Shown: positions 38,069 to 50,465, counted from the first letter of the whole stretch. The stretch is DNA of 61,527 bases, filler included, from Basidioascus undulatus (GCA_000826855.1; 5 parts of 5 records of this genome joined end to end with filler, not necessarily neighbours in it), one strand, 5' to 3'. A program made the numbers and translations. The notes: generated from the sequence alone by a model not told the origin.

Positions 38069-38621
38069 ACTGGACCGAGACCGGACTGGACTGAGAGACG
38101 GGCTAGCTGTTCACTAGCTTCTTGTTCTTCTCCTGGTACTTTCATTTCCGTTTAACTAGCTTGCTTTCCTTCTCTTGCTCTCGCTCTTACCCGACGATGG
38201 TGGGATGGACCCTGGCACTTCTTGGGCGTTTGTGCCGTGTACTTGTAGACTTAACAGATTTGCATGCTTGTTTCATTGAATGTTGAATTATTACTCGATA
38301 CATCACTTCGTTCCCATGCCCTTCGCTTGCGGCCTTCGCATGCCGGCACGATAGTGACACCACCGCTGCGGTTGGCTGGTTCGCAGCTGATGCACAGGTG
38401 ATGAGGCGAGAAAGTATCGGACTGCATGTTTCAATCTTGATGATGAATATGAGTGTTCTTTTGTCTAACGATCCTCAACTTGCTGCAAAGAGGAAACGCA
38501 GGGCTTCCAATCGCGGAGGCGGCTGACCGTACCTCCGGATGCAATTATTTGTCTTCTCTGCTGGAGCTCCCTCTCTTCTCCCTCGCTCGCTTGTCCACGT
38601 TCACCCTGCTCGACTGTAGAA

Positions 38622-40099
38622 ATGTCTGAACCTATCACTTCAGAAGCGTCTCCTCCTCCTCCTTCCACCACAACCCCCTCTGCTCCTGCTCCCGCTCCAG
38701 AGCCCACCACCTTCGCCGCCTCCCCATCCATCTCCGCCTCCGCCTCGCCCTCCGCGTCCCCCGTCGCATCCACCTCCGCCGCGGACGCGTCCGACCCCGC
38801 GCGCCCGCTATCCAAGAACCAGCAGCGCAAGCTGCGGCGCGCGGCCGAGCGGGCGGCCCTGAAGCCGCTCAAGCGCGCTGCGGAGCGCGAGCGCAAGAAG
38901 GAGCGCAAGCGCAAGGCGATCGAGGAGAACGATACGGAGGTGCTCGAGCGCATCCGCGCGAAGAAGCGGCGCCCTGCGAAGGGCGAGCGCGTGGACACGG
39001 GCGTGAAGGTGGTGCTGGATGCGGGGTTCGATGACTTGCATACGGAGAAGGTGCGTTCCCGGGAAGGGGAAGACGGGAGGGAGGGGACGAGTGCACTGAG
39101 ATGGAAGGTGGGTGGTGGGCGCACAGGAAATCGTCTCCCTTTCGAACCAGATTGCCTCGTGCTACTCGACCAACCGAAAGACGACGCACCCGACACGCCT
39201 GCTCCTCACGTCCTTCGGCGGGCAGCTGAAGGCGCGCATGGACCAGAACGCGCAGAGCGGGTACGCAAACTGGGACGCGCGCGCTATCGACATCCGGACG
39301 GAGCCCTACGAGGCGCTGTGGGGGGAGAAGGAGGGGGAGGGGGAAAATGAGCCGGTGCCGGTGCTGGAGAAGGAGAAGGTGGTGTATCTGACGGCGGATA
39401 CGGAGGACGTGCTGGACACGTTGGAGGAGGGGCACACGTATGTCGTCGGCGCAGTTTGCGACCACAACCGACACAAGGTGAGCTTGCGGATTTTCTTTCC
39501 TGCTTCGATATGGCAAAATGCAGCGTGCTGATGAGCGTGCGCTTCTTCGATGACAGTTCTTGACGGTCAACAAAGCCCGCGCACAAGGCATCCGCGCCGC
39601 GGCTCTCCCCATCGGGGCCTACGTCCAAATGGCGTCCCGAAAAGTCCTCACTGTCAACCAGGTGCGCGCCTTATCCCGATAATTTCCTTTATCCTTTTCT
39701 ATTCTTTTCCTCCATCCTTCCTGCTAATCTTCCCCCACTTTTGTGTGCTCGCGCCGCCTCCCTCTCCTTCCTCCTCCTCCCCGTCGCCGCCTCCGGCTCA
39801 TGGCTCTTGCCGCCTGCGCGTGACCCCCAAAACAGGTCTACGAGATCCTCGTCCGCTACTTAGAAAAGCGCGACTGGAAAGAAGCGTTCTACAGCGTCAT
39901 CCCGATGCGGAAGCTGAAGGAGGGGCAGGGGCAAGGGCAGGGGCAGGAGGGGGCGGAGGGGGAGGCTGAGGCTGACGTTGAGGATGGAACAGAGGTGCGG
40001 GAGGAGAAAGAAGTGGGATATGGGGGAGAGGAGGCGGCGGGTGAGGGTCTGGAAGAGAAGGAGGAGGCGGAAAAAGCGGCAAAGGCTGTGGCGGAGTGA
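38622..40099 (+). CDS. TRM10: tRNA (guanine-9-N1)-methyltransferase
   Basis: LSKNQQRK, VVLDAGFDDL, VVYLTAD, YVVGAVCDHNRHK, ARLPIG, RKVLTVNQV and WKEAF..VIPMRK. Confidence 0.95.
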
Positions 40100-40389
40100 T
40101 GCCGCGCTGAGGCTCAGGAGACCGCATGTAGTCCGAGCTCTCCGTGAATCGCTTTGCGGTATGCATTCTTGAAATGCCTGGGCATCACGACATTGCGGAC
40201 GAGGCGCGGGAAAGGAAGTGGGATACAGGGCTTCGAACTTGGAAACGCTCGCACAGCGGTGTGCCTTTCGTGCATTCAGGCACGGGAAAACCTTCCCTAC
40301 CATACCATGTAAGGCAAGAAACAGGAACAACAGAAGACCGGTTGTAAACGCAGCCAGGCCAGAGACTACTCTCCAAGGCCATTTCCAAG

Positions 40390-41619
40390 CATCATCAATC
40401 CATGATTCACCTTCCGACGAGATGCTCAGCCGAATCTTTCGATTTGCCGTTGCAGGAGAGACGCTGCTATGCTACTCCCCTCAGCTGCATCCGGCGATGC
40501 AGATCTCGCTGTCTGTCGCCGCCGCCGCTGGAGGTTGAGCAGCATACAGCAGCATACCAAAGAATCTGCTGAAGTATTACTGATTCAACGGTGGATGCAG
40601 ACCCTGGCCGCCTCACTGCCCTTTACCCACATCGAAACTTCCGGGACGCGACTTCCGAACCTCACCAAGGCCCTCAGCAAGCGCTACTATCACTCTGGCA
40701 GGCTCACGCGGTGCGATAGGGCACACAGTAACCTTTGATGATAAAAAATATGCGACCGACTCAGCGTACCTGGCCCCACTGAGCTTCCTTGATGGGCTCC
40801 GTCGCGTCGACACCGGAGATCAGATAGTACTGGGAGTCGCATTCGTGGCCAGTCGTTCGCTCAGCCCCTGCTTCGCACACCTTCGAGATTTGAACTTGTG
40901 CACTGCTGTTCCATTCCTTCATCTAGTCAGCAGCATCGCTAGTCTTCTGGAGCTCGAGGGGCTCGAGCTCGTTCTGATGTATCTCGACAAGGAGGTGTCG
41001 ATCGCCGTCGCTGCATTCTGCATCTGCCTCATCTCCAGTTCCGCAACATTTGTACAAGAAACGGCGACTCGTACTTTGATCTTGAGGGTCAACTGCTCAA
41101 TCCCTTGCGGGCTCCCGGCTTCCCATGCTCATCGATCTCGTGCTCGAACTGGATCATCTGCCTACCGCTGTCCTTCAGAAAGCTCTAACCGCTATAGGCT
41201 CACACATCGAACGGCTCACCCTTTTCTCGCGCGACACCCCGAATACTCTCAGCTATCTACATGTAGCCCATGCTAATCTACGCGAGTACTCCCCGCCTCA
41301 CTTCACGCGGCGGCACGGATCTTACCTGCAGCATCCGAACCTCGTCATCATCCATCTAAACAAGGACTGCCGCTTCTCTCAGTTCGACTCGGAGCCTTTT
41401 GAGACTTTTCTGTCCTTCTTCAAAGCTCTGCCCAAGGACAAGTCAACGACCGACGTGTTCGCTGCTTGCTGTCAGTGGCTCGAAGATGCCCTCTTACAGC
41501 GAGATGGACGAGTCCGAACACAAAGCTTTATACTAATCTGCTCGTCTGGGGATGTGTTTGGGCGCGTTGGACGTCGGGTAGTCTGTGAAGAGGGGGTTGT
41601 GATGTTCATCAAAGCGTGA
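40390..41619 (+). pseudogene. Decayed F-box/LRR-like gene
   Basis: SIHDSPSDEMLSRIFRFA and AVCRRRRWR (F-box ends) lie in different frames. LRR-like pieces (FAHLRDLNL, LLELEGLEL, IERLTL) are spread over ORFs 40469-40738, 40845-41276 and 41125-41619. Confidence 0.6.
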
Positions 41620-43098
41620 TCGCGTGCCGGGAGACCTGAACTGTAACGGTTTCGATCGCGATGGAGGTTCTTATGCCTCGATGTTCAAAAGCGTAGAGTA
41701 AGGCAGAGTCTATGGACCAACCTTGATGCCAGCTGTTCGGGTATAACCTTATTTTCAACGACACGGACCGTAGCTGCCTCACCGCGTAGCTCGTAGCTTC
41801 CTCACCACGATGTTGTGCTTTGGCGTCTCTTGCCCGGGGCACAGAAGAGACACTCCGATCAAAGGGCAATAAGCATGCCTCATTACAGGCTCAAAAATGC
41901 TTTAACCATGAAATTGCTGTCCATCGAATCTGTGATCATGATGCCCTTCGGGGAGAGGTAGGCAGCCCACCGGAGTGCCAACGCGGCGGTCCAGACTGCA
42001 AGATACCATGCGAAGTGTTCCTCATCCGACAATTGTAAACCTTTATGTGATTCCAAGGATAAAATGTTAATCCCAGACCACTAGCCGGGCTTTTTAAGCG
42101 GCAACCACGTTTTTCGGCTCTCCGCTTGCGGTTCGACGACTATGGTGTAAGAGCGCCCGTATCTGATCTCGTTGGGTGTTGCCGTGGCGTCGGCAAGCCC
42201 TCTCTACGCGTTTTTCATCTGGACTGCAGCAGAGTTGAGAGACTTTACAGTTTCATATTGATCCTCTCGGCTTTCAGCACTATGGAGAACCTTCACCGCT
42301 GCTGAATTTTTGTTACAGAGGATAGCTGCTCGGAACAGCTTCCGACCTGGTCTGCTGGGGTTCAGACTGTGCTAGCATCGTTTCTGTCGCGCTCGCTAGC
42401 TCACTCACTACCCTTCGCACGATGGAAGTGGTCACCACCATCGCCGTCTTTGATTGCCATCCTTCGCACTTCATAACTCAAGTCTCGAATTTCGTCGCTT
42501 GTTTTGCGCCGCTCGAGGAACATACAAAGAATGCGTACAATCGATCAGTGCTTCTTATCCAAGGTTGACGGAACTCGATCTTTGAGTTTTCACTGAATCT
42601 GAGCGGGTAATGGTACTCCTACTTAGTTTTCTAGGCTGGGCGAACCTCAAGCTAACCATCCTACCCTCCCACAGACGTCCGATCTCGACTCTCTGATTGG
42701 CCTGCACTCTCTGGTCACTCTGCGCCTGGGTGTCAGCCTGGAGGATCCTACTCCACGGTGCTTTCGACGGTATGGTTGGGACGGTGGCGACCTTTCCACT
42801 CTATCAAAAGATTGGCGGACCCGCAGCAGTGACTGAGAAACGCGCCTGAGTGAGCTGTGTTCACTGTGAACGTCATCATGCTGGGGAAGACTGTCTTAGC
42901 ACATTATTCTCTTTCCGAGTGATGCAACTGGGGCCAGGACAGATTGTATTGGACGAATACGAGGAGACCGGGATGACCTGGATGTAGACGGAAGAGCTCT
43001 CTTGGCAAACGCATCTTCTATATACGGGCTTGCACGTTGCTCTCTGCGTGTGGGCTTCACACCGGCGGGGAAAATGTATCCATGCCTGTAGACCCTTA

Positions 43099-43124
43099 CA
43101 GTGTTACCCAGTGTTACCCAGTGT
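43099..43124. repeat. 10-bp tandem repeat (cagtgttacc, about 2.5 copies)
   Basis: Seen directly. Confidence 0.75.
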
Positions 43125-43309
43125 GATCCGCGATAGCTACCTCAAGTCTTTTGTGACTAATGTGTAATCTGAACCTGTGACAGTGTTGCGAAGTAGTTGA
43201 ACTCACGTTGCCATCGACCCAGCGCGCGCGAATTGGCCAGCAAGGAAATAGGCGAGAGCTGTTCAGCGCGCAGTGTTTCAATCCAGGCTGGGATAGCCTT
43301 CCAGCCTAC

Positions 43310-43817
43310 CTTGCGCTCAGCGACGAACAATGCGAGCTCGTCAAGTTCATCCTTGCTGATCTGGCTCAGCTGGACACCCTTGACCTTCGTCCCGAACCCG
43401 GGCGTGATGTTCGACAGCTGGACGCCTTCCTTGAGGAGGTTCGGCTTGGACGGGTCGGCACGCGAGCCGGGGTCGGTGAACTAGAGAAACCAGCATGAGC
43501 CTGACTGACTGAGGTTTATGTGAGCTGGTAAAGGAAAAGCGTACCTTGAAGAGCTCGGTCGGTAGGTACTTCTCGCTCACGTCGTGGATGGGGTAGTAGT
43601 AAGGGTACTTGGGGCCGGCGTCGCCCTGCAGACCGTACGTTCAGCTCGTCCAGATTCTTCCTTCCGATATCCCAACACCCAACGAAGTGGGTACAGGCTT
43701 CAAGTCGAGGTTGAGCTTTTCCAGGAAGCCCTTGTTGAGCTCAAGCACGCCGGCAGCGGTGGTGTCCGCCTGGGTCTGCGTTTGGGTCTGGGAGGTGGAC
43801 ACGGTTTCCGAATGGTC
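43310..43817 (-). pseudogene. 5' fragment of a TauD/Jlp1-type alpha-ketoglutarate-dependent dioxygenase
   Basis: Three spliceable exons give KYPYYYP..D..EKYLP.ELF|FTDPGSRAD..PNLL..ITPGFGTKVKGVQLSQ..DELALFVAERK. No ATG is present and no downstream catalytic exons are seen. Confidence 0.78.
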
Positions 43818-45254
43818 TAGTTGGAGAGGAACGTGGAGATAGTTTGTTATTTACTCCCACAAGCTCCTTATATTCCTCGGCACCCTCGGGTATGCCACAA
43901 TTATCCTAGCGGCAGACGTGCTCAGAATCGGATTGCCCGACTCGACGATCGACCTCGGCGGATGGAATGCTCGCCCGGCCTGCTGTGTATGTACTTCGTG
44001 TTTTCCATGGATGCTGTCGTGAGATTTGACTTTGTCAGATGAACAGGGCTTCTTGGCTGTTGGTGCCGTGGAAGCGCGCCGCCTTGGAAAGAGCTCGTGT
44101 GACCGACTGTCGATGGCGTGCACGCCGGGGCAAGGGCACCGTTGTTCGGTATCGCGAGAGCTGATTTGGCAACAGCAACCTACATATGCATTTCACTGTT
44201 CCCAAGGCTTCCAATGGGAAAGTTCCGAAACATTCGATGTTCCTGGTATGCCGGGGTGCCGGTTGGAGATGGCTCTCACAGTGGCAACTAGTGAGCTTGA
44301 CTTAGGACTAGCCGAACGCGCTTTGTTGAACCCGTGCAGAGATTGCTTGTGTCCTGGACAGAAGTTTAGATCAATTTGTTCCAAATGCCACTTGAATAGA
44401 TCAAAGAAGTACATGTAAGTCATATGCAAGAAGCCACACAAGCATGCAGGCGTGATTCGTTTCAAAGACCAGGTACTTACAGAGTCTGATCAACAATATG
44501 CGTGAGCTTCCATTTCCTGGTGGTCCGTTTATATTCCATAACTGTTACTGTGGGATTTATGGCTCAGTTGAAAGCTCGATGCACTCTCAGTCTCCGATTG
44601 CAGAAAATGCACGCAAATGTTGAGCATCCTGCTGCGGTCCAGGCAAGGGGACATCGAATACCTCTCGCCCTTTCATTTCGGTGCACAAAGATAATTCATC
44701 GGATATATTCCTGGCTTTTATGCTGAAGATGTCGAGTCGCGGGTTTGTGCTGTGCGGAAGAAGAGGCAGAGGAAGACGTCCAGCAGGAGACGCCGCCTCG
44801 ACAGAGGCGCAGCATACGCAGCGTCAATGAGCTTTAGGTGAGTTTCTCTGGGATAGTGAGCCCTTTTGGGAGTTAGGTATCATGAAGTGCAGTAGACCAG
44901 CCAGTGAGACAAGCGCGCTACGAGACTCAAATGCAGGATCGCAGTACCGCAGGTACGCTGTCCGAGTGGCTTTTGTAACGCATGTTGGCGACATGAATTT
45001 TTTGCAAGGGTCTTTCGAATACATTCAAGGCAAGGTAGGAGCTCAAAGGGCTACCGCGAACATCGGCATTAACGACAAGGCCTGATGCCTGCTGATGCAG
45101 AAGACGGCACTTCGCCAGACTGCGGCTGCTATGTCAAGTTCGCAGACACCCTCCCTTCATTGTTCCGCCACTGCATAAACAGGGTATAGATACGATCCTC
45201 TCTTGTGCTTCCCAGCTCACGAAGTCCTCATCTCTACCACCTCTCCAAGCAAAT

Positions 45255-46312
45255 CTACTCCGCCACGTCCCCCCCTCTCGCGCGGAACGCCTCCAACACC
45301 TCAGGCGTCATCACGCCCCTCTTGAACTTGTCATAGTCGTACTGCCCATCCCCGCCTCCCTTCATCAGTACCCTACCACGCAAGTGACTTCAAGAAAAGC
45401 GAAGTGAAGGGAAGAGAAGGGAAGGGAGGGGAAGGGAAGACGAACCATGACGTGCACGCTCTCTCCCTTGCACACGACCACGTTCTGCGCGAGCGAGTAG
45501 ATGTGCGTGGTCAGCGACCATTGGGCCCGCGAAGGGAGGAGCGTGTGTGGGCGGGAGAGGAAGAGGATCTGAGTCGGGGCAAGGAGGGGCGAGTCAGTGC
45601 TGGGGCAAGAGGAAGGGACGGGGTGGCATACGGAGTCGGGGTATGTTAGGGGGCGCTGGGTGAATGGGTGGGTCAGCTGGAGGAATGAGGCGAAAAGGGA
45701 AAATGAGAGGAAGGGAGGGAGGGAGAGGAGTCGCACCTTGTAGTCGACTTTGATCGACTTCAGGATGATCCCCGTCCGCTTGCCCTGGAGCATGTCTTCC
45801 ACCTTTTCTTTTGGGAGTTGCTTGGACAACGTTGCAATAAAGTGCAGGCGCGCGTGCTCGAGATAGCGCACGTAGCTGACGTTGTTTACGTGTCTGTGGG
45901 CGTACACTCAGCCGCTCAGCCCCGATGCCGTCCCAAAGAAGGCAGATGTGTGGGGGAAGGGAGAACGACCAACGCACTGGTAAGTGTCCTGCTCCCCCCA
46001 AGCGACAGGCCACTCGAGCACGCTTCCCTCGTCCCACCCCTCGCGCTCAACGAGCGCCAGCGCGTCCTTCCGACTGGCAGCGTACGGCGCTGTCGCGCCC
46101 GTGCCGTAGACTTCTGGGCCCGGCTGCGGCGCAGGCGTGGAGTGCTCGAAGTCCGGGAGCGGGAACTCTGCGTCGCTGGGCCCCCGCTCGCCCGGCGCGA
46201 GGTGGAAAGGGGAGGAGGGGTCCTTGAAGGCGGAGAGGAGGGAGGAGACGTCCTTGTATTTGGGGAGGGAGAGTGAGGCGGGGGTGGTGTGTAGACGGCG
46301 GAGGGGGAGCAT
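45255..46312 (-). CDS. Hot-dog-fold (4HBT-like) thioesterase, probably mitochondrial
   Basis: Presequence-like MLPLRRLHTT, then WPVAWGEQDTYQ|HVNNVSYVRYLEHARL, GIILKSIKVDYK|RPLTYPD and YDYDK. Confidence 0.88.
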
Positions 46313-46713
46313 GGCGCGATGGAGGAGGGGATGGGGAGATGGAAGAGGGGAGATGGATGGGGAGGATTGCGGGGAGGGAGGGCAGATGGAGGGCAGATTG
46401 GAAGAGGGAAGATCAGGAGGAGCACTCCGGCTGGCGGTGCCGGTCGGGCCGAGACTGCAACAATTCCCCTTATTTGACGCTCGTCGTGCCTTAGCCTAGT
46501 GTCAGCTGGCTGTCAATGTCAGCGCGTCGTGAATGTAGACGCGCCGTGAGCGAGGAGCCCATTTGCCTCTTACCCGCATCCACCAACAGCCCAGTCCACG
46601 CGCACCATACAGCCTGCAGCCCGCATCCACCTCTCTCCCCTTAACCACCACCATCTCCTCCGCCCCGCCTGCGCACACAAACCATCCACCCAGCGCGCTG
46701 CACGCACCACACC

Positions 46714-48069
46714 ATGGCGGCGCCCACCGCCAATCCCAACCCGCTCTCCTTCCTCATGGACCCCGCCATCCTCGCCCAGTCCGCCGCCTCTCTCGCCCCA
46801 CCACAACCAGCACCACCGCAGCCGCAGACTGCAAACTTCTTCGAAACGCCCGCGGGGATGGTCGCGCTGGGCGCGGCTGGCGCGGGCGCGGCGCAGGGCG
46901 TGAGCATGCACGGGGCGCAGGTCCGTCTGCCTTTTCCGTTGGGCGAAGCTGATAAGGCGCGAGCAATTACTCATCAACCCGATCCTTCTTCATCACAACC
47001 CACACAGGCCATCTACCAAGCCTTCCTCGCCGACCCATCTGGCCAGACGATCGTGACGGCGCTGAACGCGCTGGCGGGGATCCAGCAGGCGCCTGTGCCG
47101 GCGCCCGCGTACGGCACGGCGGCGTTCGCGGCTCCCGCGCCCGCGCCCCCTCTCTTCCCCAACAACCCCCCAGGTGGAACAAGCACCGCCGCGCTGACGC
47201 GCTCGGGGCGCGTAGTGCACCAGCCTGCACCTGCGGGCGGCACGCCGGACAACGGGCTCAGCATCGGGGGGGACTACTACTTCATCGCCTCTGACGACGA
47301 GGAGGACGACCCGGATTACCAGCTCCCCTCGCCGTCGTCGTTCGCCTTCACCCCCTCCGCGTTCATCTCCCCCTCGCCCGAGCCGTCCGGTTCCTCCCCA
47401 GCCAAGATGTCCCCGCGCCGCGCCGCGCCGCCCCCACCCCCGCCGCCCGCAGCAGCAGCAGCGGACTCGGACTCAGAGGAGCCGCAGCCGTTGACGGGGA
47501 TCGATGGACTCTCGAACGTCCTCCCGCCGAAGCGGGCGGGGCGCGGGCGGCAACGCAAGCAGACGGACGCGGAGCGGCGCGAGAAGCGCCTGATCCGGAA
47601 CCGGGAGACGGCGGCCAAGTGCCGCAAGCGCAAGCGCGAGGAGTTCGAGAACATGGAGGCGGAGGTGAAGCGTTTACGAACGGAGAACGACGCGTTGCGT
47701 TCCGAGAACGAGGCGCTCAAGAAGCGCGCGGAGGTCCTCGCTGCGCCGCGGGCGGGCCCGCTGGACGGAGAGAAGGCGTTCACCCACCCCGCGATCAAGC
47801 ACCTCCTCCAGGCTATGCAGGCCGTCGCGGCCGTCGCGGCGGAGGGAACGCGCAGCGGCGCGCTGCTGGATGAGGTGGATGAAGAGGAGGCGCGCGAGAC
47901 AGACGAGGAGAACGAGGCGGAGGAGGAAGAGGAGGTGCAGGAGGCGCGGGGGGAGACGCCGCTTAGTGGGTCCGACGAGGAGTACGTGGAGGGGCAGCAG
48001 GAGGAGGAGGGCGAGGAGGGCGAGGAGATGATGGACTCTGCGGGGGAGGAGGGGGACGAGGAGGAATAG
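46714..48069 (+). CDS. bZIP transcription factor
   Basis: RREKRLIRNRETAAKCRKRKRE basic region, heptad zipper (MEAEVKRLRTENDALRSENEAL) and acidic tail. Likely in-frame intron at 46921-47007. Confidence 0.9.
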   Translation: MAAPTANPNPLSFLMDPAILAQSAASLAPPQPAPPQPQTANFFETPAGMVALGAAGAGAAQGVSMHGAQVRLPFPLGEADKARAITHQPDPSSSQPTQAIYQAFLADPSGQTIVTALNALAGIQQAPVPAPAYGTAAFAAPAPAPPLFPNNPPGGTSTAALTRSGRVVHQPAPAGGTPDNGLSIGGDYYFIASDDEEDDPDYQLPSPSSFAFTPSAFISPSPEPSGSSPAKMSPRRAAPPPPPPPAAAAADSDSEEPQPLTGIDGLSNVLPPKRAGRGRQRKQTDAERREKRLIRNRETAAKCRKRKREEFENMEAEVKRLRTENDALRSENEALKKRAEVLAAPRAGPLDGEKAFTHPAIKHLLQAMQAVAAVAAEGTRSGALLDEVDEEEARETDEENEAEEEEEVQEARGETPLSGSDEEYVEGQQEEEGEEGEEMMDSAGEEGDEEE

Positions 48070-48390
48070 GTCGCGTTGCAGGGCGCGTTGTGTCTTCTTG
48101 GCTTAGGCTTTTGCTCCATGCTCCCCATCCCGTTCGCGTTGCTGCTTCGTCCTTTCACACCACACACTATCTTCTCACCGCAATTTCCTTTTGTACTTTT
48201 TCGCCTTCGCAGCCCATCCAGCTCGCTATACCCACCTTCGACTTTCTTGCCACACGCGCTTACTAAACACGCGTTTGCTGATCGTCGCGTCGAAGTCGAG
48301 CTGTGATTCACACGTGAAAGTCAGCCTGCCCGACCGACTCCACGACCAACCCGCTTGCGCTCATGTCCACACCACCGTGTACTTACAGAC

Positions 48391-49226
48391 ATGCCCCTCT
48401 TCAACGGCTCCTCGTCCTCATCGTCAGCACCCACAACCGCAGCAGCGAAGGGCAGTCCATCAACGCCCTCTTCGCGCAAGCCCGCTCCCGTCCCAGTCCA
48501 GTTCGAGCTCCTCCCCTCCCGGCGTCCAAACAAGACGCTCTGTCCCTGCCTCACCGCAACGCTCCGGGACGTGCGCATCGTGCGGTACGTCGTACATCCT
48601 CTTCCCTTTGTTACCTCCTCAGACCCGATAGGCGCGGTGCTGAGGGGGACATGCGAAATGCGGGGCAAGCGAGCAGCGTCCTCGACCCCGAGCACCGCGA
48701 GCCCTTCGTCGCCGCGTCGCGGCTCTTCCTCGCGTCCTCCCCGCCGCTCACGCCCGTCGAGGGCCTCCTCCGGTTTGACCTTACGCTCCCGCTGGGGTAC
48801 GATCTGGGGCTGGCGGGGCTGGCGCCGCATGAGGACTTGTGGGTTTCTGTTTCTACCTCGCTGGCGACGCGGGGCTGACGATTGGATGGGATGCGTGGGT
48901 GGGGTGGGCGAACTAGCTGGGTCCCCCTCCCGAAAGCGAGGGAGATTGCGAAGACGCTCGGGATAGACGTTGAGCTGGGCGCGCTCCTGGATTGGGATAG
49001 CCGCTATGCGTGGAGCGTGGACGATGCGGAGGGGGGACTGCTGCACAAGTGGGTCTCGGTCCCATCCCTCCTTCCTTTCCATCCAAACAGTCAATCTTCG
49101 CTACACAGCGACGCAGCGCTGAACATGTTCGTTTGACAACCTGCCGCCAGCTGGCGCCTCCCCCCCGCCACGCTCCACCCCGACGCATACTCCACCGCGA
49201 CCCTCCTCGGCACGCCCTTCCTCGCG
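48391..49226 (+). CDS. KilA-N/APSES-like protein, 5' part, cut by contig end
   Basis: Spliced exons give FVAASRLFLA and DL|WVPLPKAREIAKTLGI..LGALL, resembling the KilA-N W-x-P-L-x-x-A helix. Confidence 0.55.
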
Positions 49227-49326
49227 NNNNNNNNNNNNNNNNNNNNNNNNNNNNNNNNNNNNNNNNNNNNTTAATTAATTAANNNNNNNNNNNNNNNNNN
49301 NNNNNNNNNNNNNNNNNNNNNNNNNN
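49227..49326. other. Artificial contig spacer
   Basis: N44-TTAATTAATTAA-N44. Confidence 0.98.
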
Positions 49327-50465
49327 GACCAGAGAGCGAGTGTGCCGAGTGCTGAGGCGCGTGGTGTCGCGCGCAGTCGGACTCGGCATCCGCATCCCCC
49401 CCGTCCGTCGCGCTCCCCCTCCCCTCAGCGTTCTCCGCCAGCCACTCCCTCAGCCCCCGGATCCACGCCTCCATCTCAAGGTCCTCCCTGCGCCTGGTGC
49501 TGCTCCCGCGCAAGTCCTCCCCGCGTTCGACGGCCTGCGCGGCCCACTCGGCCGCCTCGCGCGCGAGCCGGTCGCGCACGTTCCGCCGCGGCCACTCGAT
49601 CTGGTTCGCGTCGACCTTGAAGATGCGCAGGTCCTTGAAGCGCGCGAGGTAGGCGGGCAGTGCGGTGAGCTTGTTTTTGGAGAGGGAGAGGACCTGCGCG
49701 TGGGAGGTCAGCGGGAAAAGGGGGGGGTTGAGGAGGGGAGTAGTACTTTTAGGCGGACGAGCGTGCCAGGGTCGTCGGGTAGTTTGCGGATCCTGTTCCG
49801 CCCCAGCTCGAGGATCTCGAGTTGCGGCATGTTGGTGAGCTGCGAGTCGAGCAGTCAGCTAATGTCGCTTCGAGCTGATGTGCTCGCGAACCCACCACTT
49901 GAGGAAACACCGGAAAGGCATTCGCGCGGAGGTTGAGGTACCGGAGGCGGGAAAGGTCGACGATCTCGTCGGGGAGGCGGACGAGGCGGTTGTAGCTCAG
50001 GGCCAATCGGCACACCTCCGCCTTGATGAGCGCGATGCACTCGAGCGGGAACTCTTCCATCTCGCGGTGAGAGAGGTCGAGCGTGTCGAGCGTGCGCCGG
50101 GGTGCGGTCATGCGAGCTTTTTGGATGTGGCTGCAGGGAGGGGGTCAGTCCCAGCTCGGACTCGCATGCTCCTAATCCATCCAGCAGCCCTTCTTCCACA
50201 CTCAAAACAGGGATAATGCCCACCTTATCAAGTCATCCTTGGTCCCCCGCCTCGGCTTCTTCTCGATCCCCCCGCTGCCAGGCGAGCTCCTACTGGGCCT
50301 GTGCGGCTGGGCTGGCTCATCGGAAGTCCTAGACCGGTGGACGCTCGGAGTTGGCCGCTCAGAGTAGGACCGGTGGAAGGCGTTGATGGGCGGTCGCGGG
50401 GGCGGGGAGGTCGGCGGGGGGGAGGTGAATGAGCGTGCAGTCGCGAAGCTGGATGTGCTCGACAT
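49327..50465 (-). CDS. SOG2: LRR protein, RAM-network Sog2-like; N-terminal part, 3' truncated
   Basis: TLDLSHRE.EEFP, RLALSYNRL..LP, LRYLNLRANAF..FP, LEILELGRNRIRKLP, VLSLSKNKLTALPAYL, KVDANQIEWP and WIRGLREWL. Confidence 0.8.

Noticed and set aside
35757..40099. tRNA genes close to TRM10 as a functional cluster
   Set aside because: They lie on different contigs separated by the spacer at 36896-36995.
43900..45200. Cys-containing ORFs (for example 44026-44418) as zinc-finger proteins
   Set aside because: No coherent motif spacing, splice model or GC3 bias like the real genes.
47316..48311. Long opposite-strand ORFs (also 1105-1821, 13364-14119, 30653-31585, 34368-34844, 38465-39196)
   Set aside because: They are antisense shadows of GC-rich coding sequence with no independent motifs.
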